Shown here one piece after another: positions 20,029 through 29,163 of a DNA stretch of 64,000 bases. The position numbers and the translations under genes were made by a program. Origin of the DNA: Candidatus Latescibacterota bacterium (GTDB lineage Bacteria; Latescibacterota; UBA2968; UBA8231); assembly GCA_965204725.1 (NCBI GenBank), contig OZ242005.1, forward strand, positions 4,512,001 to 4,576,000, read 5' to 3'. A model generated the notes under the pieces. It was not told the DNA's origin. It searched no databases and worked only from the letters and a program-made list of their open reading frames with translations. Position 1 is the stretch's first letter, and the number at the start of each line of letters is the position of its first letter.

Positions 20029-20110
20029 ACGACCATGAAGGGCGACTCTGTGGATGCAAGGGCGTTCATCGGCAAAACGTAACACGCGAAGCACTTTAGA
20101 AAAGAAACCT

Positions 20111-20773
20111 ATGCCATTTAACATTGCTGACGATCCGGCCGTTGATTATCGGGAGTTGGTACGGACCGCCTATAACCGATGTGCGATGGATTACGCACGG
20201 CAAAGACGTACCACACCCGGAGCAGAACTCCGCTTCATAACGGAACACCTGACCCCCGGTTCAACGATCCTTGATGTTGGATGCGGTGCGGGTATTCCGG
20301 TCGCCCAACATCTTGCGACGACGTTCAGCCTCACTGGGATCGACATTTCCGCGAGCATGATCGCGCTAGCCCGGAAAAACGTCCCTGCGGCCAAATTCGT
20401 CATCGCCGACGTGGTAAAGACCGAATTCCCCGCATGCAGCTTGGACGCAATTGTCAGCTTTTACGCCATCTTCCATATCCCAAGACAGGAGCATCTAAAC
20501 CTCTTTCGTCAATTTGCACAGTGGCTTCGACCCGGTGGCCTATTCCTGTTTACGGTTGCCAGCAAAGACGACGGGCCGGGATACACTGAAGACGACTTCT
20601 TCGGCGGGACCATGTACTGGAGCAACTTTGGCCCCTCGACTTATAGGGAGTTTCTTACTGAGACTGGATTTCGGATTGAACAGGAAGGTATCGTCGGCGG
20701 AGGGTTCGGAAGTGTTGAGGTGCCGGAGGGAGTGGGGGTTCACCCATTTTTCTGCGCCGTTAAAAGCACGTAA
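20111..20773 (+). CDS. class I SAM-dependent methyltransferase
   Basis: ILDVGCGAG, GIDIS, WLRPGG. Confidence 0.88.
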   Translation: MPFNIADDPAVDYRELVRTAYNRCAMDYARQRRTTPGAELRFITEHLTPGSTILDVGCGAGIPVAQHLATTFSLTGIDISASMIALARKNVPAAKFVIADVVKTEFPACSLDAIVSFYAIFHIPRQEHLNLFRQFAQWLRPGGLFLFTVASKDDGPGYTEDDFFGGTMYWSNFGPSTYREFLTETGFRIEQEGIVGGGFGSVEVPEGVGVHPFFCAVKST

Positions 20774-20796
20774 CCCAATCTAGAAAGGACTACCAA

Positions 20797-21210
20797 ATGC
20801 CGCTAACAGGTCGATGTCTTTGCGGGGCGGTCCGCTATACAAGCGACGCGGAGCCCCAATCTGTGACCTATTGCCACTGCGACGACTGCCGTAGGGTCAC
20901 AGGCAGTGCTTTCAATGTTGGAGTTAGCGTCCCAGCGTCCACGTTTCAGCTAAGCGGTAAAACCAAGGGATACGAATCTACCAATGACGAGGGCCACACA
21001 AAAATTCGCGAATTCTGCCCAGAGTGTGGTTCGCAATTATTCACACGGTATCCCGACTTGGTGTTTATCAAGGCGGGCACTCTAGACCATTCTGAAGGTC
21101 TGCAACCCACTCGGGAGATTTGGACCGAAATGGCAGTCCCGTGGTCTAAAATTCCCGACGGCCTGCACAAATTTCCTCGTGGGACAAGTTCGCAACCGAT
21201 AGCACGTTAG
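20797..21210 (+). CDS. GFA (CENP-V) family protein
   Basis: GRCLCG, CHCDDCR, FCPECGS. Confidence 0.92.
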   Translation: MPLTGRCLCGAVRYTSDAEPQSVTYCHCDDCRRVTGSAFNVGVSVPASTFQLSGKTKGYESTNDEGHTKIREFCPECGSQLFTRYPDLVFIKAGTLDHSEGLQPTREIWTEMAVPWSKIPDGLHKFPRGTSSQPIAR

Positions 21211-21219
21211 AGGGGTCAG

Positions 21220-21798
21220 GTGAGGGTTTCAATCGTCAGCAGTAGTCTCAAGGCCGATAGTCACAGCCGGGTGCTTGCTACTATATGTCAGACTGCTCTA
21301 GAGGACAAAGGCGTCTCTGTTGACTTCATCGATCTTCGACAACTTGATCCGCCAAATTTCGACGACGACCAGATCTATTCATCCGAGGCGTACCAATCGT
21401 GCCACAGATTCATTGCGGCGTCTGATGCCATCATCTTAGCGAGTCCAGTGTACAACTGGGCGTGTTGCGCTGAACTCAAGAAATTCGTCGAGTACATAGG
21501 CTCTACGCCACCAGACGGGTCGTTCAAAGGTGCTTTGTACGACAAAGTAGTGATGTTCGTCAATGCCGGCGGGTTGCCGCACAGCTATATGGCGTTTGCA
21601 TCGCTGGCAACATCCCTCATGTTGGATTTCAAGTGCATCATTAGCCCGTATAACGTGTATGCCCACGACGGCAATTGGGTTGACGGCGGCGAACTCGACG
21701 ACGGCACGACGGCACGATTAAATAGGTCTCTAGCGGTACTGACTGAACTTGCAGAACGACTCAAGAGCCGGTCCTATACATCGAACTGGGAAATCTGA
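21220..21798 (+). CDS. NADPH-dependent FMN reductase
   Basis: SSLKADSHS, DAIILASPVYN...LKKF. Confidence 0.85.
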   Translation: MRVSIVSSSLKADSHSRVLATICQTALEDKGVSVDFIDLRQLDPPNFDDDQIYSSEAYQSCHRFIAASDAIILASPVYNWACCAELKKFVEYIGSTPPDGSFKGALYDKVVMFVNAGGLPHSYMAFASLATSLMLDFKCIISPYNVYAHDGNWVDGGELDDGTTARLNRSLAVLTELAERLKSRSYTSNWEI

Positions 21799-21803
21799 TT
21801 CTG

Positions 21804-22208
21804 TTGGATTGCGACTACAGTCTTACGTGGTATCACGGCTCTCAGCAAGAGCTGACCAAACTTCGGGTTGGAAGTTCGGTCACCCAGAGTAGAAGTGTGG
21901 CGAAGGCGTTCTCGCACAGGCCCTCGCTCGTCTCTTGGTCTGACAGGGGTGAGGTTAGACACAACGGCGTAACGCCCGGTTATCTCTATGTCGTTTCCGA
22001 TGACATTGCTCCTGACGATGTGTATCCCCATCCCCACCCGGCAAATGCCGATCACTGGGAGTGGCTGACGAACCGAGAACTGAAACTGGAGCTTATTGAA
22101 CAGACTATCGCAACCGACAAAGAACGCCTGACAGACGAAGAGATCGCAGCCATACGGCAGAAACAACAGGAAAAAGGCGAGTTGACATTCACGGAGTGGT
22201 CTGTTTGA
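21804..22208 (+). CDS. hypothetical protein, possible ADP-ribosyltransferase fold
   Basis: WYHGS, SVTQSRSVAKAFS, GYLYVV, WEWL pattern. Confidence 0.55.
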   Translation: MDCDYSLTWYHGSQQELTKLRVGSSVTQSRSVAKAFSHRPSLVSWSDRGEVRHNGVTPGYLYVVSDDIAPDDVYPHPHPANADHWEWLTNRELKLELIEQTIATDKERLTDEEIAAIRQKQQEKGELTFTEWSV

Positions 22209-22236
22209 GAAAGTGCAACCCAAGAGAGGCTACCAA

Positions 22237-23016
22237 ATGCTGATAATCGACACCCACTGCCACGCCGGCAACAACTGGTTTGAACCTATCGAGACCCTTG
22301 AGTTTGCGATGAACCGCAACGGCGTCGCCCAGGCCGTGCTCATCCAACACGGCGGAGTATATGACAACACGTACCTCTTCCAAGAAGCCGCCAAGCGCTC
22401 GGGCCGGTTCAAGGTTGTAGTCCTCGTCGATCCCGAGTCCCGCGATCCACTCGGCGATCTTGCGCGGCTCGCAGAGCAAGGGGCGGCTGGTATTCGCATG
22501 GCCCCGGATGGCCGGTTCGTCAACGCAGGGCCTTACGACCTCTGGCGCAGAGCCGGCGAACTCGGTCTCGTCGTCTCGAGCATCGGCAAGGCATCCCAGT
22601 TCGCGGCCGACGGCTTCTCGCGGGTGCTCGATGCGTGCCCCGACACGCACGTCGTCCTAGAGCACCTCGCCGGAGTGGGCATTGCCGAGCCGCCCTACGC
22701 GGAGTACGTTGAGGCACTGCGGCACGGCGAGCGCGACAACACCAGCATCAAAGTTCCCGGCTTAGGCGAAATCTGCGCCCGCCCACCGCGCCTGCGGCCT
22801 GAACTCAAATTCGACGGCGTACCGCCTCTTTTTGAGATGGCCCAGGACGCATTCGGCGTGCAACGCATGATGTGGGGCAGCGACTTCCCGCCCAGCGCGG
22901 GTAGAGAGGGCTATGCCAATGCGCTGCGCGGCGTCCTCGATCATCCGGCTTTTGCCAACGGCGACGATAGCGAATGGGTCATGGGAAAAACCGCGGCGCA
23001 CGTGTGGGGATTCTAA
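22237..23016 (+). CDS. amidohydrolase_2 family (sugar lactonase-like)
   Basis: IIDTHCH, VVLEHLAG, RMMWGSDFP. Confidence 0.88.
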   Translation: MLIIDTHCHAGNNWFEPIETLEFAMNRNGVAQAVLIQHGGVYDNTYLFQEAAKRSGRFKVVVLVDPESRDPLGDLARLAEQGAAGIRMAPDGRFVNAGPYDLWRRAGELGLVVSSIGKASQFAADGFSRVLDACPDTHVVLEHLAGVGIAEPPYAEYVEALRHGERDNTSIKVPGLGEICARPPRLRPELKFDGVPPLFEMAQDAFGVQRMMWGSDFPPSAGREGYANALRGVLDHPAFANGDDSEWVMGKTAAHVWGF

Positions 23017-23043
23017 GGATTGGGATAGTTCCCGTTGCGTCCG

Positions 23044-23093
23044 GGATCGAGGGCGTCCCGCCCTCGACGAGGGCAAGATGCCCTCGATCCTTG
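23044..23093. repeat. REP-like palindrome family A, full nested hairpin
   Basis: Outer stem GGATCGAGGGCGTC / GATGCCCTCGATCC, inner stem GCCCTCG-A-CGAGGGC. Confidence 0.85.
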
Positions 23094-23155
23094 GCAGGCG
23101 GAGGGCTGGTGTCGTGTAGTAAATGTAACTTCCCGGTGGGAACTAGCAGAGCAAA

Positions 23156-23779
23156 ATGGCTAAAGAAAAAAAGAAGACCGTGCGCCAAGCCTATGGCATC
23201 ACAGTCCTCAAAGCCGCGGACCCTCGGGTGCGCGCCTACAAAAAGAAGCACGAACCCTGCATCCACGGCAACAAATTCTGGAATGTAAGCTGGTGCGTGA
23301 TGGACTTCCTCTCGCATCAGGGCCTACCGCCAAAGACGCGGGTTTTGGATATAGGCTGCGGTTGGGGCCTCGCCGGGATATACTGCGCCAAAAACCACGA
23401 CGCCAAAGTCACGGCCATGGACGCGGACGCAGCAGTCTTTCCCTACTTGCAGCTACACGCCGAGATCAACGGCGTCGAGATAGACACTTGGCACTGCAAG
23501 TTCAAGAACGTCAAAAAGAAAGACTTGCGACGAACCAACCTGATCATCGGAGCCGACATTTGCTTCTGGGACGATATGGTTAAGCCGCTCTACAAGCTCG
23601 TCAAAAAGGCGGTCGAGGCTGAGGTCGGTCAGGTCATCATCGCCGACCCGGGCCGACCGCCCTTTCACGAGCTAAGCGAGAAGGTCATCGCAAGGCTCGG
23701 CGGCGAGCTCAAGGAATGGGAAATCAACGGCGCAGTCAAAGCCGACGCATACCTACTCATCGCCGGTGCGCTGCCCTAA
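23156..23779 (+). CDS. class I SAM-dependent methyltransferase (Methyltransf_16-like)
   Basis: HGNKFW, VLDIGCGWG, IIGADICFW, IADPGR. Confidence 0.85.
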   Translation: MAKEKKKTVRQAYGITVLKAADPRVRAYKKKHEPCIHGNKFWNVSWCVMDFLSHQGLPPKTRVLDIGCGWGLAGIYCAKNHDAKVTAMDADAAVFPYLQLHAEINGVEIDTWHCKFKNVKKKDLRRTNLIIGADICFWDDMVKPLYKLVKKAVEAEVGQVIIADPGRPPFHELSEKVIARLGGELKEWEINGAVKADAYLLIAGALP

Positions 23780-23853
23780 GAAGCGTCCTTAAAACTCCTG
23801 TTGCTTTTGGCATCGTCTTGCATGACGACTCGTGTGGTCATTCCCGCAGAAAA

Positions 23854-24822
23854 TCAGAACCAATTTTCTTTATCCACCACATTCACCAACGCCGCGCCGC
23901 GGGCGAAACGCCGGCAATTTTCCACCAGCAGATCGCGCCGGCGCTCTTCCAGATAAGGACCGGCCGCGGCCACGTGCGGGGTCATCAGGAAGTTCGGGGC
24001 TGTCCACAGCGGGTGCTCCGGCGGCAGCGGCTCCTCCTCAAACACATCTAGACCGGCCCCGGCGATCTGGCCTTCGCGCAGGGCTTGATCGAGATCGGCC
24101 AACCTGACGTTCGCGCCGCGACCGATGTTGACGAAATACGCGCTGGTTTTCATCTGCTCGAACTGGGCACTGGTGAAAAGGCCCTCCGTCTGCGGCGTCT
24201 GCGGCGCAGTAACCAAGACGAAATCCGCCCTCGGCAGGAGCGAGTTGAGCATCTCCGGGCGGTATAACTCGTCAACGCCCGGCAGCGGCGACTCAACGCG
24301 GGGGTCAATGCCAATGGTCGTCATGCTCCAATGCTTGCACTGACGCGCGGTCTCTGCGCCAATCCCGCCGACGCCGACGATCAGCGCGGTGGCTTCGGGC
24401 AGGTAGGTCGCGGGGCTCGATTCCCCTCCGCTGCGCCAATGGCCGGCAAACTGGTCGCGGAAGTAGCGGTGCATACCGCGCGCGAGCGCGAGCACAAAGG
24501 CCATGATATGGGCCGAGATGTGGTCGTTGAAGATGCCGCGAAAATTGGTCACCACCACGTCGCTGGCGACGAGTTCCGGGAAGTAATACCCCTTGGGCGG
24601 GCCAGCGGCTGGGGCAGCCAACCACTTGAGCTGGGCGGCTGCGGCCAACAACTCTGGGTCTAAGGTGCCGAAACAGGCGTGCGCCGTGGGGAGAGCGGCT
24701 AGGGCTTGGGCGCGGCTTTCGCAATGGACGATCGCCATCGCGGGGACGGCCTCAGACATGGCAGCGGCTAGGGCGCGGGTGCGCTCGCTGGCGGGTGACA
24801 AAAAGACGAACTCGAAAGACAT
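23854..24822 (-). CDS. D-2-hydroxyacid dehydrogenase
   Basis: GVGGIG, VNIGRG, LDVFEEEPLP, TPHVA. Confidence 0.92.
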   Translation of the reverse strand: MSFEFVFLSPASERTRALAAAMSEAVPAMAIVHCESRAQALAALPTAHACFGTLDPELLAAAAQLKWLAAPAAGPPKGYYFPELVASDVVVTNFRGIFNDHISAHIMAFVLALARGMHRYFRDQFAGHWRSGGESSPATYLPEATALIVGVGGIGAETARQCKHWSMTTIGIDPRVESPLPGVDELYRPEMLNSLLPRADFVLVTAPQTPQTEGLFTSAQFEQMKTSAYFVNIGRGANVRLADLDQALREGQIAGAGLDVFEEEPLPPEHPLWTAPNFLMTPHVAAAGPYLEERRRDLLVENCRRFARGAALVNVVDKENWF

Positions 24823-24986
24823 TTGGCTCCTTTCGCGGGGGCGTGATTAAGAGGCCCGGCGTCGCGACAGCCGCGCGTTTTGGTTGAGCCTCTAAGTGTT
24901 GGCGCAATATACCGCTCAGCACCAGCGGCGACAATCAGGTTGACCGGATGGGCCTTTGGCGCGACTATTTCCCTACGAGACAACCG

Positions 24987-25373
24987 ATGAGACACGCGAC
25001 CTGTTCCCAAATACCACCGGCTGAAATGGCGGCCTACCGAGCCGCCGCCCGCCAGCGCCACCGCGCCGAAAAGGAGCGTCTGCACATCCGTCGTCAGCGT
25101 GCTTGGAAGCTAGCGCGGCAGGCCGCTCGCCTACTCGAGGAACGCTTCAACGCCGAGCGGGTGGTGCTCTTCGGCTCGCTGGCGCACGAGGATCGGTTCA
25201 ATCGCTGGTCCGACGTGGATATCGCCGCTTGGGGCCTCCGGCCCGAGGACACTTGGCGAGCACTCGGAGCGGTCATGGACCTCGACTCAGAGATCGCAGT
25301 GAATTTGGTCGATATGGCCTGCTGCCGCCCCTCTATAAGAGCGGTTATCGAGCGCGAAGGAGTTGAGCTATGA
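24987..25373 (+). CDS. minimal nucleotidyltransferase (MntA-like antitoxin)
   Basis: VVLFGSLA...SDVDIA, VNLVD, IEREGVEL; start uncertain. Confidence 0.85.
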   Translation: MRHATCSQIPPAEMAAYRAAARQRHRAEKERLHIRRQRAWKLARQAARLLEERFNAERVVLFGSLAHEDRFNRWSDVDIAAWGLRPEDTWRALGAVMDLDSEIAVNLVDMACCRPSIRAVIEREGVEL

Positions 25374-25435
25374 TCGCCCGCCACCTCGTCAACGCCGAAC
25401 GCATCTGCCTCAAGGGATTGGCCGACGCCGACTAG
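25370..25435 (+). pseudogene. probable 5' remnant of HEPN/HepT-like toxin
   Basis: ATGA-coupled 21-codon ORF MIARHLVNAERICLKGLADAD* with AAGGAG RBS, at the position where the HEPN partner normally starts. Confidence 0.45.
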
Positions 25436-25446
25436 CCCCTCGTCCA

Positions 25447-26817
25447 ATGAACGACCCCGCATTCCCAACCCCAGCCCTGCTCTACCGCAAGGTTGCCCTG
25501 CCTCCCGCGTTCACCCGTCCCGACGCAAGCGGCCGGCGGGTAGGGGGCGACCTCCGCATCGGCGATCTGACTGGAGACGGGCAAGCCGATTTTTTGGTGT
25601 ACAACGCCTTGGGGGGCATCAAGCCTTGCTTCCTTGGGGCCTTTTCGCTCGCTGGCGAGCCGCTCTGGGCCGTGGGGGATCGGGACTTGACCGCTCTCGA
25701 CGCCGATGGCTTGGGACACCTCGCGACGATTGCGCCCGATCGCCCGGGACCGGTAGCCATCTGCGACATCGACCAAGACGGGCAGCAAGAAGTCCTCTGC
25801 TTCCTCGTCGATCCCCACGTAAAACGCACCAGCAAATGGAACCTCGCAGACGTTCACATCGCCATCCTCGACGGGCGCACCGGCGGGGTCAAACGCTGCG
25901 CCGCGCCCGAGGAACTGACGCGCTGCAACGCCTACGCAGACGGGGAAATGCACATCCCCAACTACGTGCATCAGCGGCTGGTGATCGCCAACTTCTCTGG
26001 GCACGACCAGCCGCGGGATTTCGTCGTCAAGCTGGGCAGCGATGTCCTCGCGTTCAACGACCGGCTCGAAGTGCTGTGGCACTATCGCAGCAAGTGGCAC
26101 CGCTATCCGGGGCACGCGGCGTACATTCCGGCCGTCGGCGACTTGGACGGCGATGGGTGCGACGAGGTCAACGGCGGCCACTTTGGCCTCGACCACGACG
26201 GGCGCGTCTTGTGGGAAACCTTCTTGGGCGATCATGCAGACAGCGTGTTGGTCGATCGTTGGGGGACGGAGGCCGCGGCCATGGTCTCGGGCGAAGGCCA
26301 AGTGCTCGACGGCAGCGGGCGACGCTTGCTGCACTTGGGGGCAAACGCGGTGCCGCACGGGCAGGAGGTGCGCTGCGGCAATTTGCGGCCCGAGCGACCG
26401 GGCCGCGAACTAGCCATCCGCTACAACGGGCACCATGCAGACGTCCTGATCGTCGCGCACAGCGGCGCGGTGCTCAGCCGCTTTCGGGTGGATGAGTCGC
26501 CAAACAACACCGGGTTAGAAATCGTGCGCTGGAATGGGCCGGAGCAAGGGGATTTGCTGTACAGTCCCGCCGCCCTGTTCAATGGCCGCGGCCACAAGGT
26601 CGTCACCTTCCCGGACTTGCCCGCGCCGACCGGCGGCAAAATGGGGTGGTATCACTGCTTTCCGGCCGATGTGTGCGGCGACGAGCGCGAGGAAGTGGTG
26701 CTGTACGATCCGTACAGCGATGCCGCATACATCTACACGCCCGCGCCGCTCGACGAGAGCCAGTTTGGCCGCTACCACCACGGCCCGCGCCAGTACAACG
26801 CCCGTCTAATCAATTGA
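25447..26817 (+). CDS. FG-GAP repeat beta-propeller protein, rhamnogalacturonan lyase (PL11)-like
   Basis: Ca-binding repeats GDLTGDGQAD, DIDQDGQQE, GDLDGDGCDE, ADVCGDEREEVV; HADS and HGQ motifs. Confidence 0.7.
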   Translation: MNDPAFPTPALLYRKVALPPAFTRPDASGRRVGGDLRIGDLTGDGQADFLVYNALGGIKPCFLGAFSLAGEPLWAVGDRDLTALDADGLGHLATIAPDRPGPVAICDIDQDGQQEVLCFLVDPHVKRTSKWNLADVHIAILDGRTGGVKRCAAPEELTRCNAYADGEMHIPNYVHQRLVIANFSGHDQPRDFVVKLGSDVLAFNDRLEVLWHYRSKWHRYPGHAAYIPAVGDLDGDGCDEVNGGHFGLDHDGRVLWETFLGDHADSVLVDRWGTEAAAMVSGEGQVLDGSGRRLLHLGANAVPHGQEVRCGNLRPERPGRELAIRYNGHHADVLIVAHSGAVLSRFRVDESPNNTGLEIVRWNGPEQGDLLYSPAALFNGRGHKVVTFPDLPAPTGGKMGWYHCFPADVCGDEREEVVLYDPYSDAAYIYTPAPLDESQFGRYHHGPRQYNARLIN

Positions 26818-26836
26818 CCCAGAGCGATTGGCAGCC

Positions 26837-28084
26837 ATGGCAAAAATCCTGATCGTATCCATCGACTGCTGGCGCTACGACGCCCTGAGCCGGACGAACC
26901 CGCGCTTTAATACGCCCAAATTCGACTTGCTGACGCGGGATTACGCCTTTGCCGAGCGCTACTTTGTCACCGCGCCGGCGACTCGTCCTTCGCACACCTC
27001 GCTGTTTACCGGGCTGTATCCTTTTGAGCACGGGCTTTTTGGGCAGACCTACCTCAAGATGTTCGCTGGCGTGGTCAACCTGTTCGACGTTTTTGCCGCG
27101 GCCGGGTACAGCGTGCGGGGGTTTTCCGAACGGCCGGACGTCTTCCGCTTCCTCGACTTCGCGCCTTTTATCGGGCCGGTTGATCCACGAGCCACCCAGC
27201 AGCACTTGGGGTCGCTCGAACGCCTGTGCGCCGAGCTGATCGAGCCGAGTGGGCCGCAGTTTAAGTTCCTCCACTTTTGGTACACGCACGGCGGCTACGG
27301 CTTGGGCGGCATACCCCATCCGCCCGATTTGCGGCAGTTGGTGGCCGCCGGGCAGGTGGGCGAAGCCCTGCGCTACTACGAAGCGGCTGTGACCCACGTG
27401 CTGGAGTTTTCCCTCGTCGAGCTAGTCAAGCGAATCGACCTCGACGAGTGGGCGGTCTTTATCTGCGGCGATCACGGCGAGGGATTTTGTGGGGAGGTTA
27501 TGGCGCACGGCGACCGGCTGCATCCCAACGTGGTTCACGTGCCCATGCTGGCGCACGTGCCGGGCGGGTTCTCCTTTCCGTGCGACCGAGCGATTTCCGC
27601 CATCGATCTGTTTCCAACCATCGCGGCGTTGGCCGACCTGCCGGTTGACTACCGGGGATTTGGGCAGAACTGGCTGGAGCCGAGCGCGGCGTCAGCCGAG
27701 CGTTGGGTCCTATCTGAGCTAGACAGCCTGTACGGGGTGGGCTTTCTCAACCCGGCCAATCTGCGCCTGCCCGAGGAGCGCGTCACTGCGCCTACGGCTA
27801 TCAACGGGGAGGAAATAGCGCGCTGTGCCGAGGGCATCCGCGAGTGGTGCCTGTGCGATGGACGGCATTTCTACCGCGAGAACGAACAGACGGGCGAATA
27901 TGTCCTGCGCGACCTGCGCCACGGCGACGACAACTTGGCTTGCGCGGAACCATCGTCCTATCGCGCGCAATACCGCGCCCTGCGGGAGCACTCCTCGTAT
28001 CAACAGATGCCGGCGCAAGGGGCGGTCGCTGGCGAGGCCGAGCTCCTCAAAGAGCGCCTGCGCGCCCTCGGGTATCTAGATTGA
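26837..28084 (+). CDS. sulfatase-like alkaline phosphatase superfamily hydrolase (Thr at the nucleophile position)
   Basis: SIDCWRYD, TRPSHTSLFTGLYP.EHG, GDHGE, C-terminal RLRALGYL. Confidence 0.85.
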   Translation: MAKILIVSIDCWRYDALSRTNPRFNTPKFDLLTRDYAFAERYFVTAPATRPSHTSLFTGLYPFEHGLFGQTYLKMFAGVVNLFDVFAAAGYSVRGFSERPDVFRFLDFAPFIGPVDPRATQQHLGSLERLCAELIEPSGPQFKFLHFWYTHGGYGLGGIPHPPDLRQLVAAGQVGEALRYYEAAVTHVLEFSLVELVKRIDLDEWAVFICGDHGEGFCGEVMAHGDRLHPNVVHVPMLAHVPGGFSFPCDRAISAIDLFPTIAALADLPVDYRGFGQNWLEPSAASAERWVLSELDSLYGVGFLNPANLRLPEERVTAPTAINGEEIARCAEGIREWCLCDGRHFYRENEQTGEYVLRDLRHGDDNLACAEPSSYRAQYRALREHSSYQQMPAQGAVAGEAELLKERLRALGYLD

Positions 28085-29163
28085 CTGCCGCGGCTCACCT
28101 ATTCGTCTGGTTGCTCGTCTTGGCCGGGTGCGGCGAGGATCCGAGCGTGGATAGCACCCCAAGCGGCGACTGTGCCGGCAACATTCTGCCGGGCAACCAC
28201 ATCGTGCGCTCGCGCGGAGATGCGGACGCGCTGGAGAAGGAGGGCCGATGCAATTACACCATTGCCGGCGACCTCGAAATTACGCGCCTAAACCTCGCTC
28301 TTTTTGAGGGCTTGAACCAGCTCAGCACCGTGGATGGCAACCTCACTATCCACGACAACGACGAACTCAAAAACTTTGAGGGACTAAACGACCTCGCCTC
28401 CGTGGGGGGAGACGTCGCCATCTACGACAACGGCGAACTCGTCAACCTCAAGGGGCTATCCTTCCTCCACACAATCGGCGGGCACTTTAGCGTCTCCCAC
28501 AACGACAAGCTGGTCGCCGTAGATGGCCTCATCAAACTCAATGCCGTCGCCGGCGACGTCCGCATCGACAACAACAACCAACTGGCCGATGTCAACGGCC
28601 TGTTCGGCCTCACCGCGGTCGGCGGCAGCTTCACCATTGCGTTCAACCCCTCGCTCGCGCTCGTAGAAGACCTCTCGAATCTCAGCAGCGTGGGCGGCGA
28701 CCTCGTCGTCGAGGACAACGGGGCCCTCACCGCGCTGGAGGACATATCGGCCCTAAAGGAGATTGGCGGCAGCTTGCGGATTGGACGCAACGCCGCGTTG
28801 GACCTCGTCGAGGACGTATCGAGCCTAACGCACATCGGCCAAGACCTGAGCGTGCATAGCAACCCGCGGCTGACGAGCATCGCCGGGCTGGCCCAGCTCA
28901 GCCGGGTTGGCCGGGACCTCAACCTCTACAACAACGAAAAACTGACCTCTTTGACGGGATTGGAAAGCCTTGAGCAGGTTGGCCGGGACCTCAATCTCTA
29001 CGACAACGAAAAACTGACGAGTCTCGCCGGGCTGGCCCAGCTCGTCGGCATTGGGCGCAACGTGCTCATCGTCGAAAACGGCAACGTCCCTACGAGCGAG
29101 GCCCAAGCCTTGGCCGATCGGGCCGCGACGGGCGAGGTGTCCATCGCCAACAACGCGGATTAA
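28081..29163 (+). CDS. receptor L-domain / LRR-like repeat lipoprotein
   Basis: Lipobox LVLAGC; about 11-12 repeats of 24 aa (LxxLxxVGGDLxIxxNxxL); TTGA overlap with the upstream gene. Confidence 0.85.
   Translation: MTAAAHLFVWLLVLAGCGEDPSVDSTPSGDCAGNILPGNHIVRSRGDADALEKEGRCNYTIAGDLEITRLNLALFEGLNQLSTVDGNLTIHDNDELKNFEGLNDLASVGGDVAIYDNGELVNLKGLSFLHTIGGHFSVSHNDKLVAVDGLIKLNAVAGDVRIDNNNQLADVNGLFGLTAVGGSFTIAFNPSLALVEDLSNLSSVGGDLVVEDNGALTALEDISALKEIGGSLRIGRNAALDLVEDVSSLTHIGQDLSVHSNPRLTSIAGLAQLSRVGRDLNLYNNEKLTSLTGLESLEQVGRDLNLYDNEKLTSLAGLAQLVGIGRNVLIVENGNVPTSEAQALADRAATGEVSIANNAD

Noticed and set aside
20054-22208. Integron cassette array
   Set aside because: Intergenic gaps of 5-30 bp are too short for attC sites, and there is no integrase.
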